Positions 10,450 through 20,669 of a stretch of DNA of 64,000 bases are shown here, piece by piece. The position numbers and the translations under genes were made by a program. The notes beneath the pieces are model-generated. The model was not told the origin of the DNA. It did no database searches and saw only the letters and a program-made list of their open reading frames with translations. Where the stretch lies: assembly GCA_002409965.1 (NCBI GenBank), contig DHON01000112.1, positions 555-64,554 of the forward strand. The letters are read 5' to 3'. The first letter of the stretch is position 1. Each line of letters starts with the position of its first letter. Source of the DNA: Firmicutes bacterium UBA5389 (lineage in GTDB: Bacteria; Bacillota; DTU025).

Positions 10450-12480
10450 TCACAGGTTTTGGGCGGCTCGGGGCCGCCTTGGCCCGCCGTAGGCTCTGGT
10501 GGCGTTGAGCACTGCGATCAACGCCACGCCAACATCGGCAAACACGGCGCTCCACATGCCGACGATCCCCATGGCGCCCAGGGTCAGCACGCCTGCCTTC
10601 ACGGCCAGAGAGAACACGATGTTCTCCAGCACCACCCTGTGGGTGCATCGCGCGATTTCGATGGCATCGGCGATCCGAGCAGGGTTGTCGTCCATGATCA
10701 CCACATCCGCGGCCTCGATGGCCGCGTCCGAGCCCAGTGCGCCCATGGCGATGCCCACGTCCGCGCGGGCGAGCGCGGGCGCATCGTTTATGCCGTCTCC
10801 CACGAAGGCCACCGCGCCGGCCCTTCGCCCGCCCGACGCCTGCCTGGCGCGGTCTGCCATTATCGTCTCGAGCGCCTCGACCTTCTGCCCGGGCAGCAGG
10901 TCGGCGCGGTACTCGTCTATGCCTACCTCCGTTGCCACCTGTTGGGCGACTCGGCTCACATCGCCCGTCAGCATGACGAGGCGGTTCACCCCTGCCGCCT
11001 TGAGCCTCCGCACGGCCTGCTCCGCTCCCGGCTTGACCACATCAGCCACGCGTATGCGTCCTGCCAGCACTCCGTCTTTGGCCACGTTCACCACAGTGCC
11101 ATCGGTCACGCACACATCATGCGGCACGTTCTCGCGGTGCAAGAGCCGATCATTGCCGGCCAGAACCGACTGGCCGGCTACAACGGCCCGCACGCCCATC
11201 CCGCTCACCTCATCGCTTGCGGTGATGGACGACTCGTCTATCGCCCTGCTCTCCAGCCCGCCGTTTTGGTAGGATTCGCGTATGGACGCGGATACCGGGT
11301 GATTCGAGTGGGCGCCTGCGTGAGCCGCCAGCCTCAACACCTCGCACTCGGCCACGCCCTCCTCGCCCTGCACTTCGACAACGCGGAATGAACCTGCCGT
11401 CAGCGTGCCCGTCTTGTCGAATACTACGGTATCCACACGGCTCAGGGTCTCAAGGAAGCTGGCCCCCTTCACCAGTACTCCGCGGCGCGAAGCGCCGCCT
11501 ATGCCGGCGAAGTAGCCCAGCGGAATAGAGATCACCAGAGCACACGGGCACGAGATGACCAGCAGGACCAGGGCTCTGTGAATCCACACGGCGAACGCCT
11601 GCCCGGGAGCGAAGAACGGAGGTATCACAGCTACGGCCGCGGCCAGCGCGACCACCGCCGGGGTGTAGTACCTGGAGAAACGGGTGATGAAGCGCTCCGT
11701 GCGCGCCTTGCGCGTGGATGCCTCCTCCACAAGCTGCAGAACGCGCGCCGCCGCCGACTGGGCGTAGGGCCGCACCACTCGCAGGGTCACTGCCGCGCGG
11801 ATGTTGACCATGCCCGCTAGAGCCTCATCCCCCGGCCCCATGGCCCGCGGCATCGACTCTCCGGTCAAAGCGGACGTGTCCATTGAGGTCTCGCCGCCCA
11901 TGACCAAACTGTCCAGAGGGACACGCTCGCCTGGCCTCACCTGAATGAGCTCGCCGGGCAGTACGTCCTCTGGAGCGACCTTCTCCACCTTATCGCCCCG
12001 GGCGACACTGGCGTATTCCGGGCGGATGTCCATGAGCGCCCTGATTGACCCTCGCGAACGTTCCACCGCCATATCCTGAAGGTACTCGCCCACTGAGAAG
12101 AAGGCCATGACGCCCGCGGCCTCAGGCATCTCGCCTATGGCCATTGCGCCCAGCGACGCCAGCGCCATCAGCGAGTTCTCGTCGAACATGCGCCCGGCGG
12201 CGATGCCGCGAACCGCGCCTCGAAGAACACGCCAGCCTGCAACGGCGTATGACAAGATTAGTGCGACTTTCCACACAACTGCAGCGCCGGGAAACGCGCC
12301 CCATGTCCTGACGGTCATCCCGACCGCAAGAAGCCCAAGCGCAAGGATGATCTCGCTCGGCGATGTGTGAGACTCGCCATCGCGGCAATGCCCGTGGGCG
12401 TGGTTATGGCCATGTCCGTCATCATGGCCGTTGCAGTAATGGCAATCGCAACCACCTATGTCAGGCTTCTCTGCCCCCAC
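10450..12480 (-). CDS. Heavy-metal translocating P1B-type ATPase (Zn/Cd/Co-type) with a His/Cys-rich N-terminal metal-binding tail
   Basis: N-terminal CDCHYCNGHDDGHGHNHAHGHC. CPC transmembrane metal motif (SCPCAL). DKTGTLT phosphorylation site. GDGINDAP hinge. GTG start overlaps the arsR stop by about 20 nt. Confidence 0.85.
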   Translation of the reverse strand: MGAEKPDIGGCDCHYCNGHDDGHGHNHAHGHCRDGESHTSPSEIILALGLLAVGMTVRTWGAFPGAAVVWKVALILSYAVAGWRVLRGAVRGIAAGRMFDENSLMALASLGAMAIGEMPEAAGVMAFFSVGEYLQDMAVERSRGSIRALMDIRPEYASVARGDKVEKVAPEDVLPGELIQVRPGERVPLDSLVMGGETSMDTSALTGESMPRAMGPGDEALAGMVNIRAAVTLRVVRPYAQSAAARVLQLVEEASTRKARTERFITRFSRYYTPAVVALAAAVAVIPPFFAPGQAFAVWIHRALVLLVISCPCALVISIPLGYFAGIGGASRRGVLVKGASFLETLSRVDTVVFDKTGTLTAGSFRVVEVQGEEGVAECEVLRLAAHAGAHSNHPVSASIRESYQNGGLESRAIDESSITASDEVSGMGVRAVVAGQSVLAGNDRLLHRENVPHDVCVTDGTVVNVAKDGVLAGRIRVADVVKPGAEQAVRRLKAAGVNRLVMLTGDVSRVAQQVATEVGIDEYRADLLPGQKVEALETIMADRARQASGGRRAGAVAFVGDGINDAPALARADVGIAMGALGSDAAIEAADVVIMDDNPARIADAIEIARCTHRVVLENIVFSLAVKAGVLTLGAMGIVGMWSAVFADVGVALIAVLNATRAYGGPRRPRAAQNL

Positions 12481-12820
12481 CCCGGCTCACCTTCCTCTCG
12501 GTTCTGGCCGCGTCCAGCTGGCCCTCTTCCTCGTAATGCTCCTGCGCCACTCGGATAAGGCTCAAAACGTGGTCGTCGGCCGGCGAGTAGAAAACGTGCC
12601 TCCCCTCGGGTCGAGCCTTCACCAGTCGAAGCGCTTTCAGCAGACGAAGATGGTGAGACACCGCCGGCGTACTGATCCCAAGTATCTCAGACAGCTCGCA
12701 CGTGCACAGCTCCTCCAGGAACAGCAGGTAGAGTATCCTGCACCTCGTTTCGTCGCCGAGCACGCGGAAGATCTCGGAGATCCCCGCCACCTCTGGTATG
12801 CGTCTCTTCAGACTGCCCAC
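12461..12820 (-). CDS. ArsR/SmtB-family metalloregulator
   Basis: HTH region LGDETRCRILYLLFLEELCTCELSEILGISTPAVSHHLRLLKALRLV. Start reassigned to GTG 12820 behind a GAGGAGG RBS. The longer track ORF runs through the operator/promoter below. Confidence 0.75.
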   Translation of the reverse strand: MGSLKRRIPEVAGISEIFRVLGDETRCRILYLLFLEELCTCELSEILGISTPAVSHHLRLLKALRLVKARPEGRHVFYSPADDHVLSLIRVAQEHYEEEGQLDAARTERKVSRGGGREA

Positions 12821-12877
12821 ATCCGCGCCTCCTCGCCATGCAGCGGTCGGCGCCGGGGCCGGCTGCACCACGATTCG

Positions 12878-12938
12878 ACGATTAAACAAGTGTTTAATCG
12901 TCAAGCCAACACTATCCCTGTGACAGCTGTATGTCAAG
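12878..12938 (-). promoter_or_regulatory. arsR-ATPase promoter region with a perfect 10-4-10 inverted repeat (ACGATTAAAC-N4-GTTTAATCGT) as candidate ArsR/SmtB operator. Upstream TTGACA-N18-TAGTGT on the minus strand.
   Basis: Palindrome at 12878-12901 read directly. -35 TTGACA (rc 12933-12938) and -10-like TAGTGT (rc 12909-12914) place the dyad at or just downstream of the transcription start. Confidence 0.5.
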
Positions 12939-13037
12939 GCCCGGATTACTGCCCAGATCACTGCCTTGCCGGACCCCACCACAGTCGTGCTGACTCTATT
13001 GCCTGACTTGCTGCACGCCGTGCAGCGGTCAGTCGCA

Positions 13038-14444
13038 TCAGGGGCCTTTTCCGGCCAGGTCGCGCCGGACGATCTTCTGGATGATGCGGTCTACTCCGGC
13101 CACATCGCGCAGCGCCTCATCGGAAAGTCGATGGTAGATGGACGCCCGCAATTCTTGCAGCGCACCTACATCGTCGCGTACGAGAGCCGCGGCGATTTGG
13201 TTCTCCGTGTCCTCAAGGCCATCGCAGTCGATGTAGCCCTGCTCGGTCCACTGCTCCACAAGAGCCAGGGCTTCGCTCTGCGCAAGCCGGTCACCGCCGG
13301 GCCTGGGTCCGTACAGAATCGCTCTGGCCTGCGCGATGGCTTGCTCCCTGCCGGCGGGAGGAAGTGCGCAGTAGGCCTCCCAGTCCAGCCCGGCCATCCA
13401 CAGGACCGCGTCTGCATAACACTCGTAGTCATACAGATCGGGATCGTCCGGTCTTTCCTCGCAGACCTTGCGTATGGCGCCGATAGACTCGGGCGTGCAC
13501 ATGAGCGCCAAGAGTGAGAGGGCTTCATCTCGCACCCACGGATCAGGATGGTTGCAGAACGGAATGGCGTACGATACCGCGCGCTCGTCGCCGAACTGGT
13601 AGAGCGCCCATAGGGAGGCCTGGATGTCGTCTACATCGTCCGATGCCAGCCCGATCAGCACACGCTCCCAGTCCCTCGCGCGCCCGTGCCATCCCAGCAG
13701 GCGAATGGCCGCTCGACGTATGCCCGCCGTCTCGCCCTCGAAGGCAAGGCGCCTGGCCACAGGCAGCGCCTCCGCATATTCAGACGTGCATAGCACAGCC
13801 AGGGCTGACTCTGCCATTGTCGCATTGCCCGATTCGACCACGACCTCAAGAAGCACGGGGTAGCCCGCCGGACCATAGGCGCCCCACACGAAATCCAGGG
13901 CGAGGGGCCACTCAATGTCCAGGTAGTACTGGGGTACGAACGTGGAGCCTGATTTATCGCCGAGGAAGGCGACAAGCATCGGAAGCGCCCTTGGATCCCG
14001 CGTGAGCGCCGCCTCGTAAGCAGTGTAGAAGACGTAGGGATATTGCTCTTCAAACGGCACTCGGCGCCAGATCTCGGCGATCACAGCCGCCTCGTCAAGC
14101 CCGCCTATGCGCCACAGCAGGGCTGCCGCGCTTAGCTTGAAGTAGTAGTCCTCATCGCCGCTCGACTGCAACGCATCCAGCTCGGCAAGGAGCGCCGCTC
14201 GGCCGGCCGAGCCGGCCCCAGTCAGCGTTTCCCAGGCGGCGCCGATCTCCTGCGCCTTCGCCGCCTTCTCCTCGCATGGCAGAATATCGAAGTCGATGCC
14301 CCGCATAGCAGCCACAGCCGCCGAGAGAGCGGGATCCGCCATAACCCCATGCGCGGTCGCGAACGCCGTTTGGGACAGAATAGCCATTATTGCCGCAATC
14401 GCTATAAGCACGAACACAACATCGCCGGATCGCCGATGTCCCAC
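13038..14444 (-). CDS. HEAT/PBS-lyase-like repeat protein with an N-terminal hydrophobic anchor or signal
   Basis: HEAT-like repeats (DPWVRDEALSLLALM, AIRLLGWHGRARD). N-terminal VVFVLIAIAAIMAILSQTAFA. Start moved to the GTG at 14444, which sits after an internal GAGGAGG. Confidence 0.55.
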   Translation of the reverse strand: MGHRRSGDVVFVLIAIAAIMAILSQTAFATAHGVMADPALSAAVAAMRGIDFDILPCEEKAAKAQEIGAAWETLTGAGSAGRAALLAELDALQSSGDEDYYFKLSAAALLWRIGGLDEAAVIAEIWRRVPFEEQYPYVFYTAYEAALTRDPRALPMLVAFLGDKSGSTFVPQYYLDIEWPLALDFVWGAYGPAGYPVLLEVVVESGNATMAESALAVLCTSEYAEALPVARRLAFEGETAGIRRAAIRLLGWHGRARDWERVLIGLASDDVDDIQASLWALYQFGDERAVSYAIPFCNHPDPWVRDEALSLLALMCTPESIGAIRKVCEERPDDPDLYDYECYADAVLWMAGLDWEAYCALPPAGREQAIAQARAILYGPRPGGDRLAQSEALALVEQWTEQGYIDCDGLEDTENQIAAALVRDDVGALQELRASIYHRLSDEALRDVAGVDRIIQKIVRRDLAGKGP

Positions 14445-14551
14445 GTCTTCACGCCTCCTCACCACCGAGCTTCCTGACTACCGGATTTCATCTGGTGAAG
14501 ACTATTCCCCTTCGCAAGACCTGTATCCTGCCGACCGCGCCGCGACCGCGG

Positions 14552-14929
14552 CTATCCCGCTTTCTCTGGCATTGATCGGCTCGCTATCACATCTACGCCG
14601 GTGCCCGCCACGTCCGCCACTACTACCTGGTGGATGTCGACAGGCGCGTTTACCCTGGCCTTCGCCATCTCGATGAGAGCCTGCCCTATCCTGTGTTTGG
14701 GGATCGGCTCCAGCGTGCGCACGGGTACCAGCGGCAAGAACCCGCCATACACTCTCACCGTAGACGTAACCGTCCTTTTCGGAGCGCACAGCTCGGCCTG
14801 GGCGTACTCAGCCCCTCTCTTGCAGGAATTGCCCTCTACGTCCAGAAGCTGTCCGTCCTCGACCGCCGCCCGCAGCCTGCACCCGACTGGGCAGACTATG
14901 CATGTGAGTTCACGGATCTCCCGAGTCAT
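14552..14929 (-). CDS. DUF1667-domain protein, the small Cys-rich partner of FAD-dependent glycerol-3-phosphate dehydrogenase-like systems
   Basis: CxxCPxGC motif (CIVCPVGC). 125 aa. 4-bp overlap with the upstream oxidoreductase. Arrangement is typical of glpA-like three-gene modules in anaerobic Firmicutes. Confidence 0.7.
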   Translation of the reverse strand: MTREIRELTCIVCPVGCRLRAAVEDGQLLDVEGNSCKRGAEYAQAELCAPKRTVTSTVRVYGGFLPLVPVRTLEPIPKHRIGQALIEMAKARVNAPVDIHQVVVADVAGTGVDVIASRSMPEKAG

Positions 14930-16242
14930 GCCTTAGCGCCCCCTTTGGGCCCCGCATCGCAGTCACGGGGCCTGACGCGCACGATGAGCCGAGTCTCGGA
15001 GCCAAATGCGGCAACGCCCGAACTCACCTTGCCTCGGGGTATGGTCAGCGCGATCATCTCGGCCGGACGCACCACCCGCTCGAACTTGCTGAACACCACC
15101 TGATCCCCGACCACCGCCTCCACCTGCACACGCTCGTCCGGCCGCGTCGCGCGCATGAACAGCCGTACGTCTCGCGCAGCCAGGTTGTCTAGGTGGAGTA
15201 TGTGAGGCACTACGTATCGTATCCCATCGCCCGCCCGGGTCCGGATAGTCAACCCGGCCGGCTGCCGCCCCGCTACAAACCGCGCCGCGCCCTCTCCCGC
15301 CGTCCAAGCCTCACGAGTGACATTGTCCACCAAATCGTGGATGTGGACCACATTGCCGCAGGCGAACACGCCTGGGACGGACGTCTCCATTTCATCTGTA
15401 ACTACCGGCCCGCCAGTGACGGGATCGAGCTCGCCTCCCGCGTCCCGCGTCAGCTCGTTCTCGGGTATGAGGCCCACTGATAGAAGCAGCGTATCGCATT
15501 CGATGTCCCACTCAGTGCCGGGAATCGGTTTCAGGCTATCATCCACCCTGGCCACAGTAACCCCCGACACCCGCTCTTCCCCATGCACATCGACCACCGT
15601 GTGGCCAAGATACAGGGGAATGCCCTGGTCATTCAGGCATTGCACTATGTTGCGCGTCAGGCCGGACGGGAACGGCAGGATCTCAAGAACCGCCTCCACG
15701 CGCGCGCCCTCCCACGTCAGGCGCCTGGCCATAATGAGGCCTATGTCGCCCGAGCCCAGCACCACTATGCGCTTTCCGGGCATGTAGCCCTCCATGTTCA
15801 CGAAACGCTGTGCAGCCCCGGCGGTGAACACGCCGGCAGGCCGCATGCCCGGTATGGTCACGGCGCCGCGGTTGCGCTCCCGCGCCCCCATGGCCAAGAT
15901 GATCGCCTTTGCGCTGATCCGCATCAGTCCCCCACTGCGATTCACCGCGGTGATCCGCCCGCCGGGCGCGACCGAGAGAACCATGGTGTCGAGCATCGTC
16001 TCCACCCCGGCGTCTCGAGCCTCGTTGATGAAATGCTCTGCGTACTCAGGCCCCGTGAGCTCTTGCGACAACAGCTGCAGACCGAATCCGTTGTGTATGC
16101 ACTGGTTCAAAATGCCGCCCAGCTCGCGGTCGCGGTCCATTAGGATCACGCGGCACGCGCCGCACTGCTTTGCCCGCGCAGCCGCGGCCAGGCCCGCCGG
16201 CCCCGCGCCTATAACTGCAATGTCACACTCTGCAATGCGCAC
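14926..16242 (-). CDS. FAD/NAD(P)-binding pyridine nucleotide-disulfide oxidoreductase-family protein
   Basis: N-terminal dinucleotide fold CDIAVIGAGPAGLAAAARA and a second GxGxxG (VVLGSGDIGL). Confidence 0.75.
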   Translation of the reverse strand: MRIAECDIAVIGAGPAGLAAAARAKQCGACRVILMDRDRELGGILNQCIHNGFGLQLLSQELTGPEYAEHFINEARDAGVETMLDTMVLSVAPGGRITAVNRSGGLMRISAKAIILAMGARERNRGAVTIPGMRPAGVFTAGAAQRFVNMEGYMPGKRIVVLGSGDIGLIMARRLTWEGARVEAVLEILPFPSGLTRNIVQCLNDQGIPLYLGHTVVDVHGEERVSGVTVARVDDSLKPIPGTEWDIECDTLLLSVGLIPENELTRDAGGELDPVTGGPVVTDEMETSVPGVFACGNVVHIHDLVDNVTREAWTAGEGAARFVAGRQPAGLTIRTRAGDGIRYVVPHILHLDNLAARDVRLFMRATRPDERVQVEAVVGDQVVFSKFERVVRPAEMIALTIPRGKVSSGVAAFGSETRLIVRVRPRDCDAGPKGGAKA

Positions 16243-17752
16243 GGCCGCCTACCTCCTCGCGTTCGTCTACACACTCGTCTGCACGTTCCAGAAGCGGGTC
16301 CTTGGTGCGACCCGACAGGATGAAGGACGCGCCGCCTTTCTTGGTCACCTTCTCCGGGGAAATTCCCAGCTCACGATGGATGATGGCGACCACGCGCGGC
16401 CCACAGAACCCTCCCTGGCAACGCCCGGCCCCCGCCCGAGTCCGGAACTTCACCCCGTCTAGGGTAGTGCACGACACCGGGCGGTGAAGCGCTTCGATGA
16501 TCTCGGCCTCGGGCACGGTCTCGCACCGGCAGATGATGTGCCCCCAGAGTGGATCACTCTCGATCAGCGCCGACTGCTCCTCTGGGCCAAGCTCCGAAAA
16601 GCGCGTTGGGCGCTTACGCACCGAGTTGAAGTCCGGCTTCTCCGCCAACGCCAGTCCGGCATCGGCGAGAATATCGCGCACCGCCTCGGCGATGGCCGGC
16701 GCGGCCGTCAGCCCAGGCGACTGTATGCCCGCGGCGTTGATGAAATTGGGCACTCCCGGAGACGGACCGATGATGAAGTCGCCGATCGGCGCAGCCACGG
16801 CGCGCAGTCCTGCGAAGTTTGTGATTGACTCGCGTATGGGCAACCCAGGCACCAGTCGCCGCGCTCCCTCCAGCACTTCAGCCAGGCCGACAGCTGTGGT
16901 CGAAAGATCGCCCTTGTCTCCGACGAGAAGAGCGTTGGGGCCCGCTATCAGGTTGCCGTCGACGGTTGGGGTGACCACGATGCCCTTGGACAGCTCGGCG
17001 GGCACCGGGAAGAGCGGCCTTGATACCAAGTGTCCGACACGCTTGTCGAAGAGGTAGTACTCGCCGCGCCGCGGGGTGATCTCGAAGTCGTCCCGGCCGA
17101 CCATACGCTCGATGTCGTCAGCCCATATGCCCGCCGCATTCACCACGAACCTGGCATCCATAACCACGCCCGGGCACCGCACCGAGAAGGCGCGTCCCCG
17201 CCGCACACCGATTCCGGTCACCGGCGCCGAAAGCAACAGCTCGACACCGTTAGCCACCGCGTTTTCGGCGTACGCTATCGCCAGCTCCCACGGGCTGGTT
17301 ATGCCTCCGGTGGGCGCCCACAGCGCGGCAACGACACCCGGGTTCACATGAGGCTCGAGCTCTATGACCTGCTCCCGCGGTATCACTTCCAGCCCGGGCA
17401 CACCGTTCCTCTCGCCCCGCTCCTTCAGCTCATGCAGGTAGCCGGCTTCATTCTCCGTCGCCGCCACCACCAAAGATCCGCAGTTCTTGTAGGCGACGCC
17501 CAGGTCCGCGCACGTTTTCGGGTAAAGCGCGTTGCCCCTCACGTTCAACCGTGCCTTCCACGTGCCCGGCTCAGCGTCATACCCCGCGTGCACCAGCGCA
17601 GTGTTGGCCTTGGTAGTGCCGAATGCCACATCGGCCTGCTTCTCGACCAGCACGACCCGAACATCGTATCTCGATAGCTCGCGGGCGATGCCCGTGCCTA
17701 CTACTCCTGCTCCTATGACTACTACATCCGCCGCAATACGCCTCGGTTGCAC
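16223..17752 (-). CDS. glpA: FAD-dependent glycerol-3-phosphate dehydrogenase (GlpA/GlpD-like) with a C-terminal BFD-like [2Fe-2S] domain
   Basis: N-terminal ADVVVIGAGVVGTGIAREL. C-terminal CRCETVPEAEI...CTTLDGVKFRTRAGAGRCQGGFC. Confidence 0.8.
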   Translation of the reverse strand: MQPRRIAADVVVIGAGVVGTGIARELSRYDVRVVLVEKQADVAFGTTKANTALVHAGYDAEPGTWKARLNVRGNALYPKTCADLGVAYKNCGSLVVAATENEAGYLHELKERGERNGVPGLEVIPREQVIELEPHVNPGVVAALWAPTGGITSPWELAIAYAENAVANGVELLLSAPVTGIGVRRGRAFSVRCPGVVMDARFVVNAAGIWADDIERMVGRDDFEITPRRGEYYLFDKRVGHLVSRPLFPVPAELSKGIVVTPTVDGNLIAGPNALLVGDKGDLSTTAVGLAEVLEGARRLVPGLPIRESITNFAGLRAVAAPIGDFIIGPSPGVPNFINAAGIQSPGLTAAPAIAEAVRDILADAGLALAEKPDFNSVRKRPTRFSELGPEEQSALIESDPLWGHIICRCETVPEAEIIEALHRPVSCTTLDGVKFRTRAGAGRCQGGFCGPRVVAIIHRELGISPEKVTKKGGASFILSGRTKDPLLERADECVDEREEVGGRAHCRV

Positions 17753-17767
17753 TGAAGCACTACCCCC

Positions 17768-19285
<1,518 letters not shown>

Positions 19286-19465
19286 TCAAAACAGAAAAGC
19301 CCTGCCGCGGGCAAGCCGCAAAGCTCCGGCTACGCCCGAGGTAGGACCCTCTCCAAATCTCCGTCCTATCGCCATATTACAGTAGCTAGATTGCATTGAC
19401 CAGCCCAATCATACCACAAACGCGCGACACAGTCGCTCTCGCCCAGCGGCTGATGCACCGTCCAG

Positions 19466-20074
19466 TCACTCGCTCAGCGCAGGTAGCGCTCCACGGGCGA
19501 ACAGCGTGTACGCCTGGTCGGTCACGCCGCACGAGTCGGATACCATGCCGCTCGCGAGCCACTGATAGGCGACAGCGTGCACCATTCCGAGCAGCGCGTA
19601 CGTGAGTTTGGCAGGGTCGAAGTCGTCCGACACCAACCCTGAAGACATACCTTCCTCGACAATGGACTGAGTCAAACTAGTGAGGAATGCTGTACCCTCC
19701 ACAACACGTCTACCGAGTTCCGGCGAAAGCAGCCCGAGCTGGCGCGACAGAAGCAGCATGAACTCCTTTTCCTGGGCGTAAAAGTCGAAATGCGCCCTGA
19801 TCAGCGCCCTCAGCTTGGCATGCACACCGGATGCAGTCGTAACTGCTTCGGTCAGCATCTGTGTAAGCCTGCCGGTCCGATCATCCATGAGCTCGGTCAG
19901 TAGCTCGTCCTTGCTCTTGAAGTACAAATAGATGGTCCCCTTGGCCACTCCGGCAGCTTCGGCCACAGCATCCATGGTGGACGTGTGGAATCCGCTCTCG
20001 GCGAAGACGTGCTGCGCTGCGTCGAGTATCGCCCCCCGCCTATCGGTGATGCCGCCTTGACACGTGCCGTCCAT
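19466..20074 (-). CDS. TetR/AcrR-family transcriptional regulator
   Basis: N-terminal HTH ILDAAQHVFAESGFHTSTMDAVAEAAGVAKGTIYLYFKSKDELL. ATG 20074 with a GGAGGTG RBS. Confidence 0.8.
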   Translation of the reverse strand: MDGTCQGGITDRRGAILDAAQHVFAESGFHTSTMDAVAEAAGVAKGTIYLYFKSKDELLTELMDDRTGRLTQMLTEAVTTASGVHAKLRALIRAHFDFYAQEKEFMLLLSRQLGLLSPELGRRVVEGTAFLTSLTQSIVEEGMSSGLVSDDFDPAKLTYALLGMVHAVAYQWLASGMVSDSCGVTDQAYTLFARGALPALSE

Positions 20075-20278
20075 GGGATGACCACCTCCCCGTCCCCTCT
20101 AGTAGTGCATTTTCTCCTTCGATTGTACATCTCCTTCACGCAAAGGCCAACTCACCATCGCAAGGCGGCACGCGGCGCGGGGGACGGAGAGATGTGGGAG
20201 AGGACCGAACGCTGGAGATCATTCTGAGCCTGCAGGATCAGTGCGACTTTGACGGGATCCTCAGGCGCGTTTGTGCTA

Positions 20279-20307
20279 TTGACATCTGATGCCTGCAGAG
20301 GTATTGT
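20279..20307 (+). promoter_or_regulatory. Near-consensus sigma-70-type promoter: TTGACA-N17-TATTGT
   Basis: TTGACA at 20279-20284, a 17-nt spacer, TATTGT at 20302-20307. Lies in a 595-bp intergenic region. Confidence 0.45.
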
Positions 20308-20360
20308 AATGGTGCTAATGCAACGACTCGCCAGCTCGTCTGGCGATGGAGGTGGGTTTG

Positions 20361-20432
20361 ATGTCGGTAGTCATGAACAGGTTCAGTCTACTTGAATATC
20401 GTCCCACCCACCTTTCGTCGGTTGCGGCATAG
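20361..20432 (+). CDS. Candidate 23-codon small ORF (MSVVMNRFSLLEYRPTHLSSVAA), preceded by a GGAGGTGG RBS 5 nt upstream
   Basis: Read directly: RBS 20348-20355, ATG 20361, TAG 20430-20432. Located between the promoter above and the terminator below. Could equally be part of a non-coding RNA. Confidence 0.25.
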   Translation: MSVVMNRFSLLEYRPTHLSSVAA

Positions 20433-20528
20433 GGAACGTCTGTTCGTATTCTGAGCGTCATCTATGATGGCGTGCGGTTCACCGCGTAACGCGTGTGACG
20501 GATAGACACCGTATGAACAAGTCGCGTG

Positions 20529-20560
20529 CGCGCCAGCGAAAGCGGGCGCGTTTTTCTTTC
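20529..20560 (+). terminator. Rho-independent terminator: CGCGCC-N10-GGCGCG stem followed by TTTTTCTTTC
   Basis: 6-bp GC stem (20529-20534 / 20545-20550) plus a U-tract at 20551-20560. Confidence 0.5.
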
Positions 20561-20582
20561 GCGCTCAAGTTCAGTGTCAAGC

Positions 20583-20632
20583 GACCGCGGGTGGAGACAG
20601 GATGCGATGAACCGGCATCTCCGTCCGCGGTC
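20583..20632 (+). other. Large nested stem-loop (GACCGCGG...CCGCGGTC, 8 bp, with inner GGAGA/TCTCC) immediately upstream of the rsgA RBS
   Basis: Inverted repeats read directly. Possible attenuator or leader structure for rsgA. Confidence 0.3.
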
Positions 20633-20669
20633 TTTCACATGTACACAATGGCAGGAGGATTGAGCAGCT

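Noticed and set aside
10459-11391. 310-aa plus-strand ORF (and several others of 80-260 aa) lying antisense inside the P-type ATPase gene
   Set aside because: Long antisense ORFs are expected in about 65% GC DNA. The minus-strand frame carries unmistakable P1B-ATPase motifs. The plus-strand product is low-complexity, Arg/Ala/Pro-rich, and has no RBS.
20461-20500. Possible T-box element (GGTTCACCGCG, resembling the T-box GGUGGUACCGCG)
   Set aside because: There is no specifier-loop or stem I context, and no aminoacyl-tRNA synthetase or amino-acid gene downstream. The resemblance is limited to a short GC palindrome.
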